Part shown: in pieces, positions 39,038 to 48,678 of the stretch
How positions within the stretch are numbered: the first letter of the stretch is position 1
Layout: every line of letters starts with the position of its first letter
Made by a program: the position numbers and the translations under genes
The notes under the pieces: generated by a model
The model's database searches: none
Told to the model about the DNA's origin: nothing
What the model saw: the letters and a program-made list of their open reading frames with translations, nothing else
DNA from: an uncultured Acidobacteriota bacterium
Lineage (GTDB): Bacteria > Acidobacteriota > Thermoanaerobaculia > UBA5066 > DATFVB01
DNA length: 64,000 nt
Reading direction: 5' to 3'
Assembly: GCA_963813155.1 (NCBI GenBank)
Contig: CAWEYG010000003.1
Span: 64,001-128,000, forward strand

Positions 39038-41722
39038 TTGACCCTTCCGGCCGGCAGTCGGCTCGGCCCCTACGAGATTCTCGCCCCGATCGGAGCGGGC
39101 GGAATGGGGGAAGTGTATCGGGCAAAGGACGCCCGGCTCGGACGTGACGTCGCGATCAAGGTCCTCCCCGCGCACCTGACCGACGATCCGGATCTCAAGG
39201 CCCGGTTCGAGCGGGAAGCGCGGGCGATCTCGCAGCTGACGCACCCGCACATCTGCACGCTCTACGACGTCGGAAGCGCGGACGGCGTCGAGTATCTCGT
39301 GATGGAGCTCCTCGAAGGGCAGACGCTCGCGGACCGCATCGAGAAAGGGCCCCTCCCGACCGATCAGGTGGTGAAATTCGGCGTCGAGATCGCGGACGCG
39401 CTCGATCGCGCGCACCGCGCCGGCATCGTCCACCGGGACCTGAAGCCCGGCAATGTCATGTTGACGAAATCGGGCGTGAAGCTCCTCGACTTCGGTCTCG
39501 CCAAGACGGCGGCGTCCGAGCGCGAAGCATCAGGGCTTTCGTCGCTCCCCACCGAGATGGCCGCTTCGCGGCCGCTCACCCAGAAGGGCACGGTCATGGG
39601 CACCTTCCAGTACATGGCGCCCGAGCAGCTCGAAGGGAAGGAAGCCGACGCCCGCAGCGACATCTTCGCGCTCGGATGCGTGCTGTACGAGATGGCGACG
39701 GGGAAGAAGGCCTTCACCGGCGCCAGCCACGCTTCACTCGTGTCGGCCATCCTTCGGGACGAGCCGAGACCCATATCCGAAACAGCCCCGATGGCGCCTC
39801 CCGCCCTCGATCGGCTGGTCAAAACCTGCATCGCGAAGGACCCCGAGGAGCGGTGGCAGTCCGCCCGCGACGTGATGTCGGAGCTTCGCTGGATCGGCCA
39901 GGGGGGATCGCAGGCCGGCGCCCCGGCAGTCGTTGGACCGCGCAGGAAAAGCCGCGAGCGGCTCGCCTGGGGAATCGCCGGCGCGGCGATCGCGGGAATC
40001 GCCGTTCTCGCGGCGATGCAGCTCCGCCGGCGTGCGGAGCCGGCGCCGACGATCCGCTTCGAAGTCTCGCCGCCTCCCGATGTTCGATTCGGGTACGGCC
40101 TCGCGATCTCGCCGGACGGGAGCCAGCTCGTCTTCGAGGGTACGGGCACCGGCAAGCAGATGCTCTACCTGCGCCGCCTCGCTTCGACCGAAGTCAAGGA
40201 GCTTCCGGGAACCGAAGGGGCGGCGTTCCCGTTCTGGTCGCCGGACGGGTCCCGCCTCGCCTTCTTCGCCGGGGGTACGCTCAAGCGCTACGACCTGGCG
40301 ACTGCTTCGGCTCAGACCCTCGCGCCCGCGGCGAACGGCCGCGGAGGCGCCTGGAGCCGGGACGGAATGATTCTGTTCGTGCCCGACACCGGGACGGGGA
40401 TTTCGCGCGTTTCCGCGGACGGCGGAACCGTCGTTCCCGAAACGGCCCTCGACCGGCACGCGCAGGACGGAAGCCACCGCTGGCCTTTTTTTCTTCCGGA
40501 CGGCCGCCACTACCTCTTCATGGTTCGTGGCGCGGCGTCGGGGAAGCCGGGGATCTACGCCGGTACGCTCGGCTCGAAGAAGAGGCAGTTCGTCGCCGAG
40601 GCGGCGTCCGCCATGGCGTACTCGCCTCCGGGCTACCTGCTCTTCATTCGCCAGAAGGCTCTGGTCGCGGTGCGCTTCGACGCGGGATCTCTCCAGACGG
40701 AAGGATCGCCGTTTCCGATCGTCGCCGACATGGAGGCCCTCGGCGACACGCAGCCGACCGGATACGCGCGATTCTCGGTTTCCGCCAACGGGGTCCTCGC
40801 GGTCCGCAGCGGAGTTTCGAGCGTTTCGCAGTTTGCCTGGTTCGACCGACAGGGAAAGAAGCTTTCCGTGACGGGATCGGCGGGGGAACAGGACGAGCTC
40901 GCGCTTTCGCCCGACCAGAAATACGTCGTCTTCGAACGCAGCGATCCCGCGCTGGGCACGAACGATCTCTGGCGACTCGATCTCGAGCGCGGCATCGAGA
41001 ACCGCGTGACCTACGACCCCGGCAGCGAAAGCACCGCGGTCTGGCTGCCCGACGGCAAGACCGTCGTCTATTCGAACGGCGGCGTCGTGGGCCTTCAAAA
41101 CGAGATCGTCCAGACCAGTGCGTCGGGAACGGGAGGCAAACGCGTTCTCCTCCGCTCGGACGAGGGCTCGCTCTATCCCGACGCTGTCTCGGGCGACGGA
41201 AAGTTTCTTCTTTACGAGCTGCAGACGCAGAAAGGGAGCATCGACCTGATGCTGCTGCCGCTCCCGGGAGGAGGAAAACCCGCGCCGTTCCTCGCGACGC
41301 CCTTCGACGAGGCGCACGCGCAGTTCTCGCCCGACGGGCGGTTCGTGAGCTACACATCCAGCGAGTCGGGGCGGGAGGAGATCTACGTCCGCCCGTTTCC
41401 CGCGGGGGACGAGAAGTGGCAGGTCTCGGCGTCCGGAGGCGACCAGGCAACGTGGAAGGGCGACGGAACGGAGCTCTACTACCTCTCCTCGCAGCAGGAG
41501 ATCATGGCCGTTCCCGTCGAGCGAAAATCCTCGGCCCTCTCCTTCGGCGCGCCCACGGCGCTGTTCGGCGTGAGGGTGCCGGCCGTGGGCGTGACGCTCT
41601 CGCGAACAGGATTCCAGGCTTCCCTCGACGGGAAACGATTCCTCGTCAACCAGGTGACGGGCGGCACGGACCGTTCCCCGATCACCGTCGCCTTGAACTG
41701 GACGGCAGACCTCCACAAATGA
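39038..41722 (+). CDS. Membrane Ser/Thr protein kinase with TolB/PD40 beta-propeller
   Basis: GAGGMGEVY, HRDLKPGN, DFG and YMAPE; TM segment; repeated WSPDG/FSPDG blades. Confidence 0.93.
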   Translation: MTLPAGSRLGPYEILAPIGAGGMGEVYRAKDARLGRDVAIKVLPAHLTDDPDLKARFEREARAISQLTHPHICTLYDVGSADGVEYLVMELLEGQTLADRIEKGPLPTDQVVKFGVEIADALDRAHRAGIVHRDLKPGNVMLTKSGVKLLDFGLAKTAASEREASGLSSLPTEMAASRPLTQKGTVMGTFQYMAPEQLEGKEADARSDIFALGCVLYEMATGKKAFTGASHASLVSAILRDEPRPISETAPMAPPALDRLVKTCIAKDPEERWQSARDVMSELRWIGQGGSQAGAPAVVGPRRKSRERLAWGIAGAAIAGIAVLAAMQLRRRAEPAPTIRFEVSPPPDVRFGYGLAISPDGSQLVFEGTGTGKQMLYLRRLASTEVKELPGTEGAAFPFWSPDGSRLAFFAGGTLKRYDLATASAQTLAPAANGRGGAWSRDGMILFVPDTGTGISRVSADGGTVVPETALDRHAQDGSHRWPFFLPDGRHYLFMVRGAASGKPGIYAGTLGSKKRQFVAEAASAMAYSPPGYLLFIRQKALVAVRFDAGSLQTEGSPFPIVADMEALGDTQPTGYARFSVSANGVLAVRSGVSSVSQFAWFDRQGKKLSVTGSAGEQDELALSPDQKYVVFERSDPALGTNDLWRLDLERGIENRVTYDPGSESTAVWLPDGKTVVYSNGGVVGLQNEIVQTSASGTGGKRVLLRSDEGSLYPDAVSGDGKFLLYELQTQKGSIDLMLLPLPGGGKPAPFLATPFDEAHAQFSPDGRFVSYTSSESGREEIYVRPFPAGDEKWQVSASGGDQATWKGDGTELYYLSSQQEIMAVPVERKSSALSFGAPTALFGVRVPAVGVTLSRTGFQASLDGKRFLVNQVTGGTDRSPITVALNWTADLHK

Positions 41723-41745
41723 ATCGCTGATAGGATTCTTCCAAC

Positions 41746-44436
41746 TTGCCCCTGACCAACGGCACCCGGCTCGGACCCTTCGAGATTCTCTCGCCGCTCG
41801 GCTCGGGCGGCATGGGCGAGGTCTACCGCGCCCGCGACGTCCGTCTCGGGAGGGAAGTCGCCGTCAAAGTCCTGCCGCCCGGCCTCTCGACCGACAAGGA
41901 AAAGCTCGTCCGGTTCGCGCAGGAAGCCCGTTCGGCGTCGGCGCTCTCGCACCCGAACATCGTGACGATCTTCGAGGTCGGCCAGGCCGGTGCCCTGCCT
42001 TTCATCGCGATGGAGCTGATCGACGGACAGACGCTTCGGGCGATGCTCCAGGCGGGCCCGCTCCCCTTCAAGAAGACCCTCCAGATCGCCTATCAGACGG
42101 CGGACGGCCTCTCCAAGGCCCATTCGGCCGGGATCGTTCACCGCGACCTCAAACCGGAAAACGTGATGGTGACGCGGGACGGTTACGTGAAGATCCTGGA
42201 CTTCGGTCTCGCGAAGCTCGTCGGCCCTCCGGCCGGGTCGGGCTCCGTCGAAGCTCTGTCGATGACCGCGACCGGATTCGTGCTCGGCACGGCGGGTTAC
42301 ATGTCGCCGGAGCAGGCGAGCGGCCGTCCCGTCGATTTCCGCTCGGACCAGTTCTCTCTCGGGCTCATCCTCTACGAGATGGCGACGGGCCGCCGCGCCT
42401 TTTCGCGATCGACGGCCGTCCAGACTCTTTCCGCGATCATCCAGGACGACCCGGAGCCGATCGACCGTTTCAACCCGCGGATTCCCCTCCCTTTTCGCTG
42501 GCTCGTGGATCGCTGCCTCGCGAAGGACCCCGAAGATCGTTACGCCTCCACGAGGGACCTCGCGCGCGACCTCCAGAATCTGCGGGATTCGGGCGCGGCC
42601 GCCGGGGACGCCTCGGAAGTCCTTCCCCGGGCGCAGTCCGACGCGTCGCAGAAAACGGAGAAGCTCGATTCCTCCTCGGCCGTTCCGCGCCGGGGCGCGG
42701 CCCGGCGCGGGGCGTCGCTGGCGCTGTCCCTGCTGTTCGGCCTGATCGTCTTCGCCGGCGGCCTCGGCGCGGGTTTCTGGATTCGCGCACTCGTGTCGGA
42801 TCCGCCGGCTCCTCGCTGGAGAGGAGATCTCCTGCTCGCCGGCTCGATCCGCGTCTTCGCCCCGAGGGTTTCTCCCGATTCGCAGACGCTGGCGTTCGTG
42901 ACGGTCGTCGGGGGAATTTCCCAGGTCGCAATCATGAAGCCGGGCTCCGGAGACTGGATCGTCCTCTCGCACCAGAAAGCGCTGGGATCCGTCGACCGCG
43001 TCGACTGGTCGCGGGACGGTTCCCGCATCTACTTCGACCGGATCGCGGACCTGGGCCGAAGCATCTACAGCATTCCGATCCTCGGGGGCGAAGAGCGTCT
43101 CGTGCTCGACGACGCCCAGGGGCCGGAGGTTCTCCCCGACGGGACGCTGCTCGTGACGAGGATCGACGCCGGCCGCAATTTTCAGGTTCACCGTTACTGG
43201 CCGGAGACCGGGCGCCTCGCGCCGATCGGCCCTCCGATCGCCCGCGAATCCGCCGGCCTCGGCCTGCGGGCTTTCGCCGACGGAAAGACCGCGATCTTTT
43301 TCGGGAAGCCCGCCGCCGGCGATTCGGCGGCGCACTACGCTTATCTGCTCGATCTCTCGACGGGAAAACTCCAGCGCTTCGCTCCGGACCTGCCGATCAG
43401 CCCCCCGATCACACTGACCGGCGACCGCTCGGGCGTTCTCGCGGACGTCGTGGTCGGAGACCTGCACCGAATCGCAAGGGTCCCGCGCGCCGGGAACGAT
43501 TTTCAGACGCTGATGACGTTGCCGTCGCGGCCCTGGTATGTCAACGCCGGCGGCGACGGGAGTCTTTACGTGGAGTTTCTCGACAACCCGGCCGAGCTGT
43601 TGAGGTTCCCGGTCCTCGGCGGCGTTCCCGAACGACTCAATTCGGTCGGGCGAAACTTTTTCATGCATCCCGTCCAGTTCGCGGACGGGCGCGTTCTCCT
43701 GCCGAGCCTGACGTCCGGGCGGCGGCGCCTGCTCGTCGCTTCGCCGGGGGAAGCGCTTCGCCCGTTCCTCGACAGCACGGAGCAATCCTCTCCTCCGGTC
43801 GCTCTCGTCGGCAAGGGCGAGGTCGCTCTCGTGGGCGGCGGTTTCTCCGCGAGCGCTCCTCCCGTCCTGCTGCTGGCGTCCGTTGCCGACGGGCGAATCC
43901 TGAGGCGCTTCGACCAGACGAAAGGGACCGGTTACTCGGCGCTCTCGGTCTCGGCTGACGAGAAGACCCTGTATGCGGTCGAGTCGGGATGGATTTCCTC
44001 GATCGACCTCGCGACGGGAGCGGTTCGCCGCCTTCGGCCCGGCAACGGGGTCGCGGCGGACCCCACGCAGCCGAGCCTCGTCGTGCAGCTCAACGACAAG
44101 ACGGGAGTGCATCTCGTACGGGCGCCCCTCTCGGGATCGCCCGATGTTCCCATCCCGATCCCGGCGGATGTCCGGCTCTCCACGTCGCCGATCGCGGGGA
44201 ATGCGGTTGGAAAAGACGGACGCATCGTCCTTTCGATCCTCGCGAAGGATGGCGTTTTCTCCGGGCCGGCGATTCTCGATCCCGCGACCGGAAAGCTCGA
44301 GAAAGTTCCGGTTCAGTACGAGGGCGACATCCTTCCCTCGAGCTGGGCGCGCGAGGGATCACTGCTCGGAATGGGAGTCGGCCTGAAGAGCGACCTGTGG
44401 CGCTTCCGGCCGATCGCGGCGGACGAAGCCCGCTAG
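41746..44436 (+). CDS. Second membrane Ser/Thr protein kinase with a divergent beta-propeller
   Basis: GSGGMGEVY, HRDLKPEN, DFG and YMSPE; TM segment; SPD/WSRDG repeats. Confidence 0.92.
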   Translation: MPLTNGTRLGPFEILSPLGSGGMGEVYRARDVRLGREVAVKVLPPGLSTDKEKLVRFAQEARSASALSHPNIVTIFEVGQAGALPFIAMELIDGQTLRAMLQAGPLPFKKTLQIAYQTADGLSKAHSAGIVHRDLKPENVMVTRDGYVKILDFGLAKLVGPPAGSGSVEALSMTATGFVLGTAGYMSPEQASGRPVDFRSDQFSLGLILYEMATGRRAFSRSTAVQTLSAIIQDDPEPIDRFNPRIPLPFRWLVDRCLAKDPEDRYASTRDLARDLQNLRDSGAAAGDASEVLPRAQSDASQKTEKLDSSSAVPRRGAARRGASLALSLLFGLIVFAGGLGAGFWIRALVSDPPAPRWRGDLLLAGSIRVFAPRVSPDSQTLAFVTVVGGISQVAIMKPGSGDWIVLSHQKALGSVDRVDWSRDGSRIYFDRIADLGRSIYSIPILGGEERLVLDDAQGPEVLPDGTLLVTRIDAGRNFQVHRYWPETGRLAPIGPPIARESAGLGLRAFADGKTAIFFGKPAAGDSAAHYAYLLDLSTGKLQRFAPDLPISPPITLTGDRSGVLADVVVGDLHRIARVPRAGNDFQTLMTLPSRPWYVNAGGDGSLYVEFLDNPAELLRFPVLGGVPERLNSVGRNFFMHPVQFADGRVLLPSLTSGRRRLLVASPGEALRPFLDSTEQSSPPVALVGKGEVALVGGGFSASAPPVLLLASVADGRILRRFDQTKGTGYSALSVSADEKTLYAVESGWISSIDLATGAVRRLRPGNGVAADPTQPSLVVQLNDKTGVHLVRAPLSGSPDVPIPIPADVRLSTSPIAGNAVGKDGRIVLSILAKDGVFSGPAILDPATGKLEKVPVQYEGDILPSSWAREGSLLGMGVGLKSDLWRFRPIAADEAR

Positions 44437-44476
44437 ACTGCGGAGCCACTATCCCGTACAATAAACCTGTACGGGA
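44434..44476 (+). promoter_or_regulatory. yefM-yoeB promoter with palindromic operator
   Basis: TAGACT-17 nt-TACAAT; perfect inverted repeat TCCCGTACA-N7-TGTACGGGA (44452-44476). Confidence 0.8.
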
Positions 44477-44485
44477 GGAACAACG

Positions 44486-44770
44486 ATGAACAGGGAAACG
44501 TCCTATTCCGCGGCCCGAGCCAACTTCGCCTACTTGTGTGAAAAGGTCGTTGAAGATCAAGAGCCCGTCGTGATCCATCGGCGCGGTGCTGATGATGTTG
44601 CCCTTGTGTCGGCCGCTGAGCTTCGGAGCCTCGAAGAAACCGCCCACCTGCTGCGCTCCCCTCGGAACGCGGAACGCCTCTTTCAGGCCCTTCGGCAGAC
44701 GGAGCGGAACCGGGGGGTAAGACTCAAACCGAAAGCCCTTCGCAAGAAGGTCGGGCTTGGGCCCGCATAG
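44486..44770 (+). CDS. yefM: Phd/YefM family antitoxin
   Basis: SYSAARANF, EPVVIHRRG and LEETAHLLRSPRNAERL motifs. Confidence 0.92.
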   Translation: MNRETSYSAARANFAYLCEKVVEDQEPVVIHRRGADDVALVSAAELRSLEETAHLLRSPRNAERLFQALRQTERNRGVRLKPKALRKKVGLGPA

Positions 44771-45023
44771 AGACGCGGTCTTTCAAAAGCAATTTCTCGA
44801 AGATCTTCGTTGGTGGGTGACGGAGGACCGCAGGATTGCGATCAAGATCCTGGAGCTCGTCGATGCGGTCGTGAAGTCGCCGTTTGAAGGGATAGGCAAG
44901 CCGGAGCCTCTCAAGTACCTTGCTGGAGGAGTTTGGTCGCGACGGATTACGCAGGAACACCGGGTCGTCTATCGGGTGCGGGGCGACCGGGTGGACTTCC
45001 TCCAGTGCCGGTATCACTACTAG
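44757..45023 (+). CDS. yoeB: Txe/YoeB family toxin
   Basis: PFEGIGKPEPLK, WSRRITQEHR and C-terminal QCRYHY. Confidence 0.95.
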   Translation: MGPHRDAVFQKQFLEDLRWWVTEDRRIAIKILELVDAVVKSPFEGIGKPEPLKYLAGGVWSRRITQEHRVVYRVRGDRVDFLQCRYHY

Positions 45024-46028
45024 GGCGGCTCGACCGGGAGCTCGACGTCAACGGTTCCAGTTCCTTTCCATGTCCTCGGGTCGGCCTGCCAAATACGCTT
45101 GCCCGAAGTAGCTTCGAAGTAAATCGACTCGTATTCCTCGGGTCGGAATCCCGGGAGCCGGATCATTCCGTTTGAATCTGACGTTGCGCCGGGTCCGTCG
45201 CAGGCCCCACACAAGCCACCCGGGCAGCCAGCCATCCAGAAGCGAAGATTTCTGCCAGCAGCGGGCCGACCATTCTCGGTGACCCTCATCGCTAGAGCCT
45301 TCTTTCGGCGGAAATGAAACTGAACGCGAGTCTCGTCGGAGGAGAGACCGGTAACGAGTGTCGTTTCCTGCGCGGGATCGAGAGGCAATTTCAGCACATA
45401 GTGAGGCTTATCGAAAACGAATGCATACTTGACATCCGCGTCGGGGACAAAGGCAAGGCCATCGCCATCACTAACGGCATCGCCCAGCGGGTGATCGCGT
45501 GAAACCCAGCCGCAGTGACTTCGTGCAGTCCAGAACATGTAGCTCGAAACCTTGACGCCACCAATGGGGTGACCTCGCTCATCAACTAATTTCAGAGTTC
45601 TGCGGCCTGGCCGACGGAAGGTGAGAGTGAGCGAAGCAACGGCATCGAGACTGATGTTCGCCGCCTTGTCTTTGAGACGAATCTCGGTTTCCGATGCCTT
45701 CCCGCCTCGGCCCTCGTGTGTTTCAAATCCCAACCAGGCGAACGGATCAGATTCGATCGGTGCGTAACCCTTGGCGGATACGAGCAGCGTCGCAAATTCG
45801 ACCGCATCCGGGTGAGAGGCATGAGATGAAAGCCACGCCGCGTTCAGATCGAGGACTAGTTCCGGGGAGCCGGCCTTGAGCTCCACCTGCTCCCCGCCGC
45901 CCCAGTACGCCAAGAGCAACGTCGCGCCTGAAATTGTGACGCGGTCGCCGCGCTCGTTCCGGAAGCGAATTCTGAGTTCAGCAGCGTCCCCGAAGGCCGC
46001 GCGGAACAAGGTGGCCAAGAAAAAGCAT
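45020..46028 (-). CDS. Hypothetical, probably secreted protein with carboxypeptidase-regulatory-like repeats; lower GC; probable +1 indel at A5 46020-46024
   Basis: 332-aa ORF from 46018; DERGHPIGGVKV/SDGDG and TENGRPAAG/SDSNG repeats; removing one T joins ATG 46028 to give MLFLATLF... Confidence 0.6.
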
Positions 46029-46085
46029 ACCGTTGCGACCCGACGGCTGTAAGGGGTCAGAGAACCCCTGGAGCTCGGCTGATGA

Positions 46086-47450
46086 CTACGCGTACAGGCC
46101 GCGAACCATCGTGTCGTGCGCGACTCTCGAAATCCCGAGCATGTAGGCCGCGATGCGGTAGGTGACGTCGTATTTCTTCGCCATCTCGGCGACGTCGTTG
46201 AACGACTGGACCATGATGTCCTCGAGCCGTTCGTTGACCTCGCTCTCTCTCCAGAAAAATCCCGCCCGGTCCTGGACCCACTCGAAATACGACACGGTCA
46301 CGCCGCCGGCGTTCGCGAGAATGTCAGGAACGACGACGATCCCGCGGTCGCGAAACACATCGTCGGCCCGCTGGGTCGTCGGGCCGTTGGCGCCCTCGAC
46401 GATGATCCGGGCCTGGACCTTCGGCGCGTTGTGGGCGCGCAGCTGGTTCTCGTTGGCGGCGGGCACGAGGATCTCGCAGGGCAACTCGAGAACCTGCGTC
46501 TTGTCGATCTTTTCGCCGCCGGGAAAGCCGGCGAGAGTCTTCTTCTGCGCGTAGTGCTCGAGCAGCGCGGGGATGTCCAGACCCTTCGGGTTGGCGATCC
46601 CGCCCTGAATGTCCGACACGCCGATGATCGTCGCGCCGGCGGCGTGGCACATCTTCGCGGTGATCGACCCGACGTTGCCGAACCCCTGCACCGCGACGCG
46701 CGAGCCCGCGAGCTCGAATCCGTTCGCCCGGGCAGCTTCCCGCGCGATCATCATGAGTCCCCGTCCGGTCGCTTCCACGCGCCCGCGCGAGCCCCCGATC
46801 GTCAGAGGCTTTCCAGTGACGACCGACGTCACGGTGTGGCGCATGTGCATCGAGTACGTGTCCATGATCCACGCCATGGTCTGGGGGGTCGTCCCCATGT
46901 CCGGAGCGGGAACGTCGGATTCCGGTCCGATCAGGTCGATGATCGCGGCCGTGTATCGCCGCGTGATGCGCTCCAGCTCCGACATCGACAGGCTGGAAGG
47001 GTCGCAGATGACGCCGCCCTTCGCGCCTCCGAACGGAATGTTGACGACCGCGCACTTCCACGTCATCCAGGCGGCGAGCGCCCGGACTTCGTCGAGCGTC
47101 ACGTTTTTGTCGAACCGAATGCCGCCCTTGCCGGGGCCCCGCGCGATGTTGTGCAGCACCCGGTAGCCGACGAAGACCTCGATGCGGCCGTCGTCCATGG
47201 AAATCGGGATCGAGACTTTTGTCTCCCGGACCGGCTCGCGGAGCACCTTGTACAAACCGGGATCGAGGGAGAGCTTCTGCGCGGCGACGTCGAACCGGGA
47301 CATCATCTCCTCGAACGGGTTGTCCGAGTCGACGCCCTGCGGCCTCGTGATCATGGTCGTCTTGTTCATCAGGTCCGAGACATCGGCCCGGGCGGCGTCG
47401 CCCTCGATCATCACTTCCGTCGGTTTGGGAGGGAGATCGCTTTCTTTCAT
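46086..47450 (-). CDS. gdhA: Glutamate dehydrogenase (Glu/Leu/Phe/Val family)
   Basis: [36 protein letters not shown] and [14 protein letters not shown] motifs. Confidence 0.93.
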   Translation of the reverse strand: MKESDLPPKPTEVMIEGDAARADVSDLMNKTTMITRPQGVDSDNPFEEMMSRFDVAAQKLSLDPGLYKVLREPVRETKVSIPISMDDGRIEVFVGYRVLHNIARGPGKGGIRFDKNVTLDEVRALAAWMTWKCAVVNIPFGGAKGGVICDPSSLSMSELERITRRYTAAIIDLIGPESDVPAPDMGTTPQTMAWIMDTYSMHMRHTVTSVVTGKPLTIGGSRGRVEATGRGLMMIAREAARANGFELAGSRVAVQGFGNVGSITAKMCHAAGATIIGVSDIQGGIANPKGLDIPALLEHYAQKKTLAGFPGGEKIDKTQVLELPCEILVPAANENQLRAHNAPKVQARIIVEGANGPTTQRADDVFRDRGIVVVPDILANAGGVTVSYFEWVQDRAGFFWRESEVNERLEDIMVQSFNDVAEMAKKYDVTYRIAAYMLGISRVAHDTMVRGLYA

Positions 47451-47505
47451 TCAAGCTCCTCAATAAGATGCGAGGCCCGGATTGTATCGAATTCGTCGGC
47501 GCAAC

Positions 47506-47531
47506 GAAAACCCGGGAGGCGATACTCCGTA
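47506..47531 (+). promoter_or_regulatory. SigW-type autoregulatory ECF promoter
   Basis: GAAAAC-16 nt-CGTA, 20 nt upstream of the ECF sigma start. Confidence 0.6.
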
Positions 47532-47551
47532 AGAGAGTGAGGACAGGAAGG

Positions 47552-48130
47552 GTGGACGCGCTTTCCGACGAACAGATCGTCTCCCGCATCGTCGAGCGGG
47601 GAGAGGACCTGTTTCCGGAGCTCGTACGGCGGTACCAGAGCCGGATCGTCTCCCACCTCACTCGGGTCGTCGGCGGGCGGGAAGAGGCCCTGGACCTCTC
47701 CCAGGAAATTTTCCTCAAGGTCTACCAGGCCCTGGATCGTTACAACTCGGAATACAAGTTTTCCACGTGGATCTTCCGGATCGCCTCGAACGCCGGGATC
47801 GATTTCCTGAGAAAACGGAGGATCCGGACGGTTTCCATGGATTCCCCGCCTCCCGGATCGGCGGAGGAGGAGGGCCCCGTCCGGGAGTTCCCGTCCCGGG
47901 ACCTCGATCCGCTCGGCAATCTCCGGAACGCCGAGCGCCGGCAGTCCATTGGCCGGGAGATCGCCGCCCTTCCCCCGGACTTCCGGGAGCTGATCGCTTT
48001 GCGCCATTTCGCCGGGCTGTCGTACGAAGAGATCGCGGAGACGAAAAATATGCCCCTGGGGACCGTCAAGAATAAACTTTTTCGGGCGCGGGCCGTTTTA
48101 AAGGATAGGTTGGCTGGAGAATGGACTTGA
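47552..48130 (+). CDS. ECF RNA polymerase sigma factor (SigW-like)
   Basis: DLSQEIFLK, KFSTWIFRIASN and LSYEEIAE..MPLGTVKNKLFRAR motifs. Confidence 0.93.
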   Translation: MDALSDEQIVSRIVERGEDLFPELVRRYQSRIVSHLTRVVGGREEALDLSQEIFLKVYQALDRYNSEYKFSTWIFRIASNAGIDFLRKRRIRTVSMDSPPPGSAEEEGPVREFPSRDLDPLGNLRNAERRQSIGREIAALPPDFRELIALRHFAGLSYEEIAETKNMPLGTVKNKLFRARAVLKDRLAGEWT

Positions 48131-48678
48131 ACTGCGAAAATTCGATCGATCCTCTGGATTTAGAGGCCTTTGCGTCGGGCGAGCCCGCTCCGACGCCGGG
48201 GGCGGCCGACCACATTCGTTCGTGCCCGGCGTGCCAGAGCCGCGTCGAGGCCTTCCGGCAGATGGATCTCTGGCTGGCCGATCTGCCGGCCGAGGACGCC
48301 GGTCCGGAGCTCGGTTTTCGAGTCGAGCGCCTGCGGGCCTTTTCCCGGGCGGAAAAGCGGTCGCTCCGAATCTGGTGGCCGCCGGCCGCCCTGTTCCTCG
48401 GGCTCCTTTCGGCGTCGGCCGCCCTGCTGTCCGTTCCGATGCTGAGCGGTCCCGAGCAGGCCGGCCTTCTGTCCGCGCTTCCGGCCGCCCTCGGTCTCGA
48501 GTGGAAGACGCTCCTCGGTTTCCCGGGATCCATCGGGCGCGCCCTGCCCGGCTCGGTCTCCGCAATCTCGGACCTCCTCGCCCTCCAGCGCGGTTACGCC
48601 GCCCTGTCGATCCTGCTGCTGCTGCCCGCGGGGTTCTCGATCGCGCGGCTCTGGATGCGCCGCGCGGCGACCCGATGA
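48121..48678 (+). CDS. Membrane zinc-finger anti-sigma factor
   Basis: HIRSCPAC (HxxxCxxC) motif plus TM segments; overlaps the sigma gene. Confidence 0.8.
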   Translation: MDLNCENSIDPLDLEAFASGEPAPTPGAADHIRSCPACQSRVEAFRQMDLWLADLPAEDAGPELGFRVERLRAFSRAEKRSLRIWWPPAALFLGLLSASAALLSVPMLSGPEQAGLLSALPAALGLEWKTLLGFPGSIGRALPGSVSAISDLLALQRGYAALSILLLLPAGFSIARLWMRRAATR

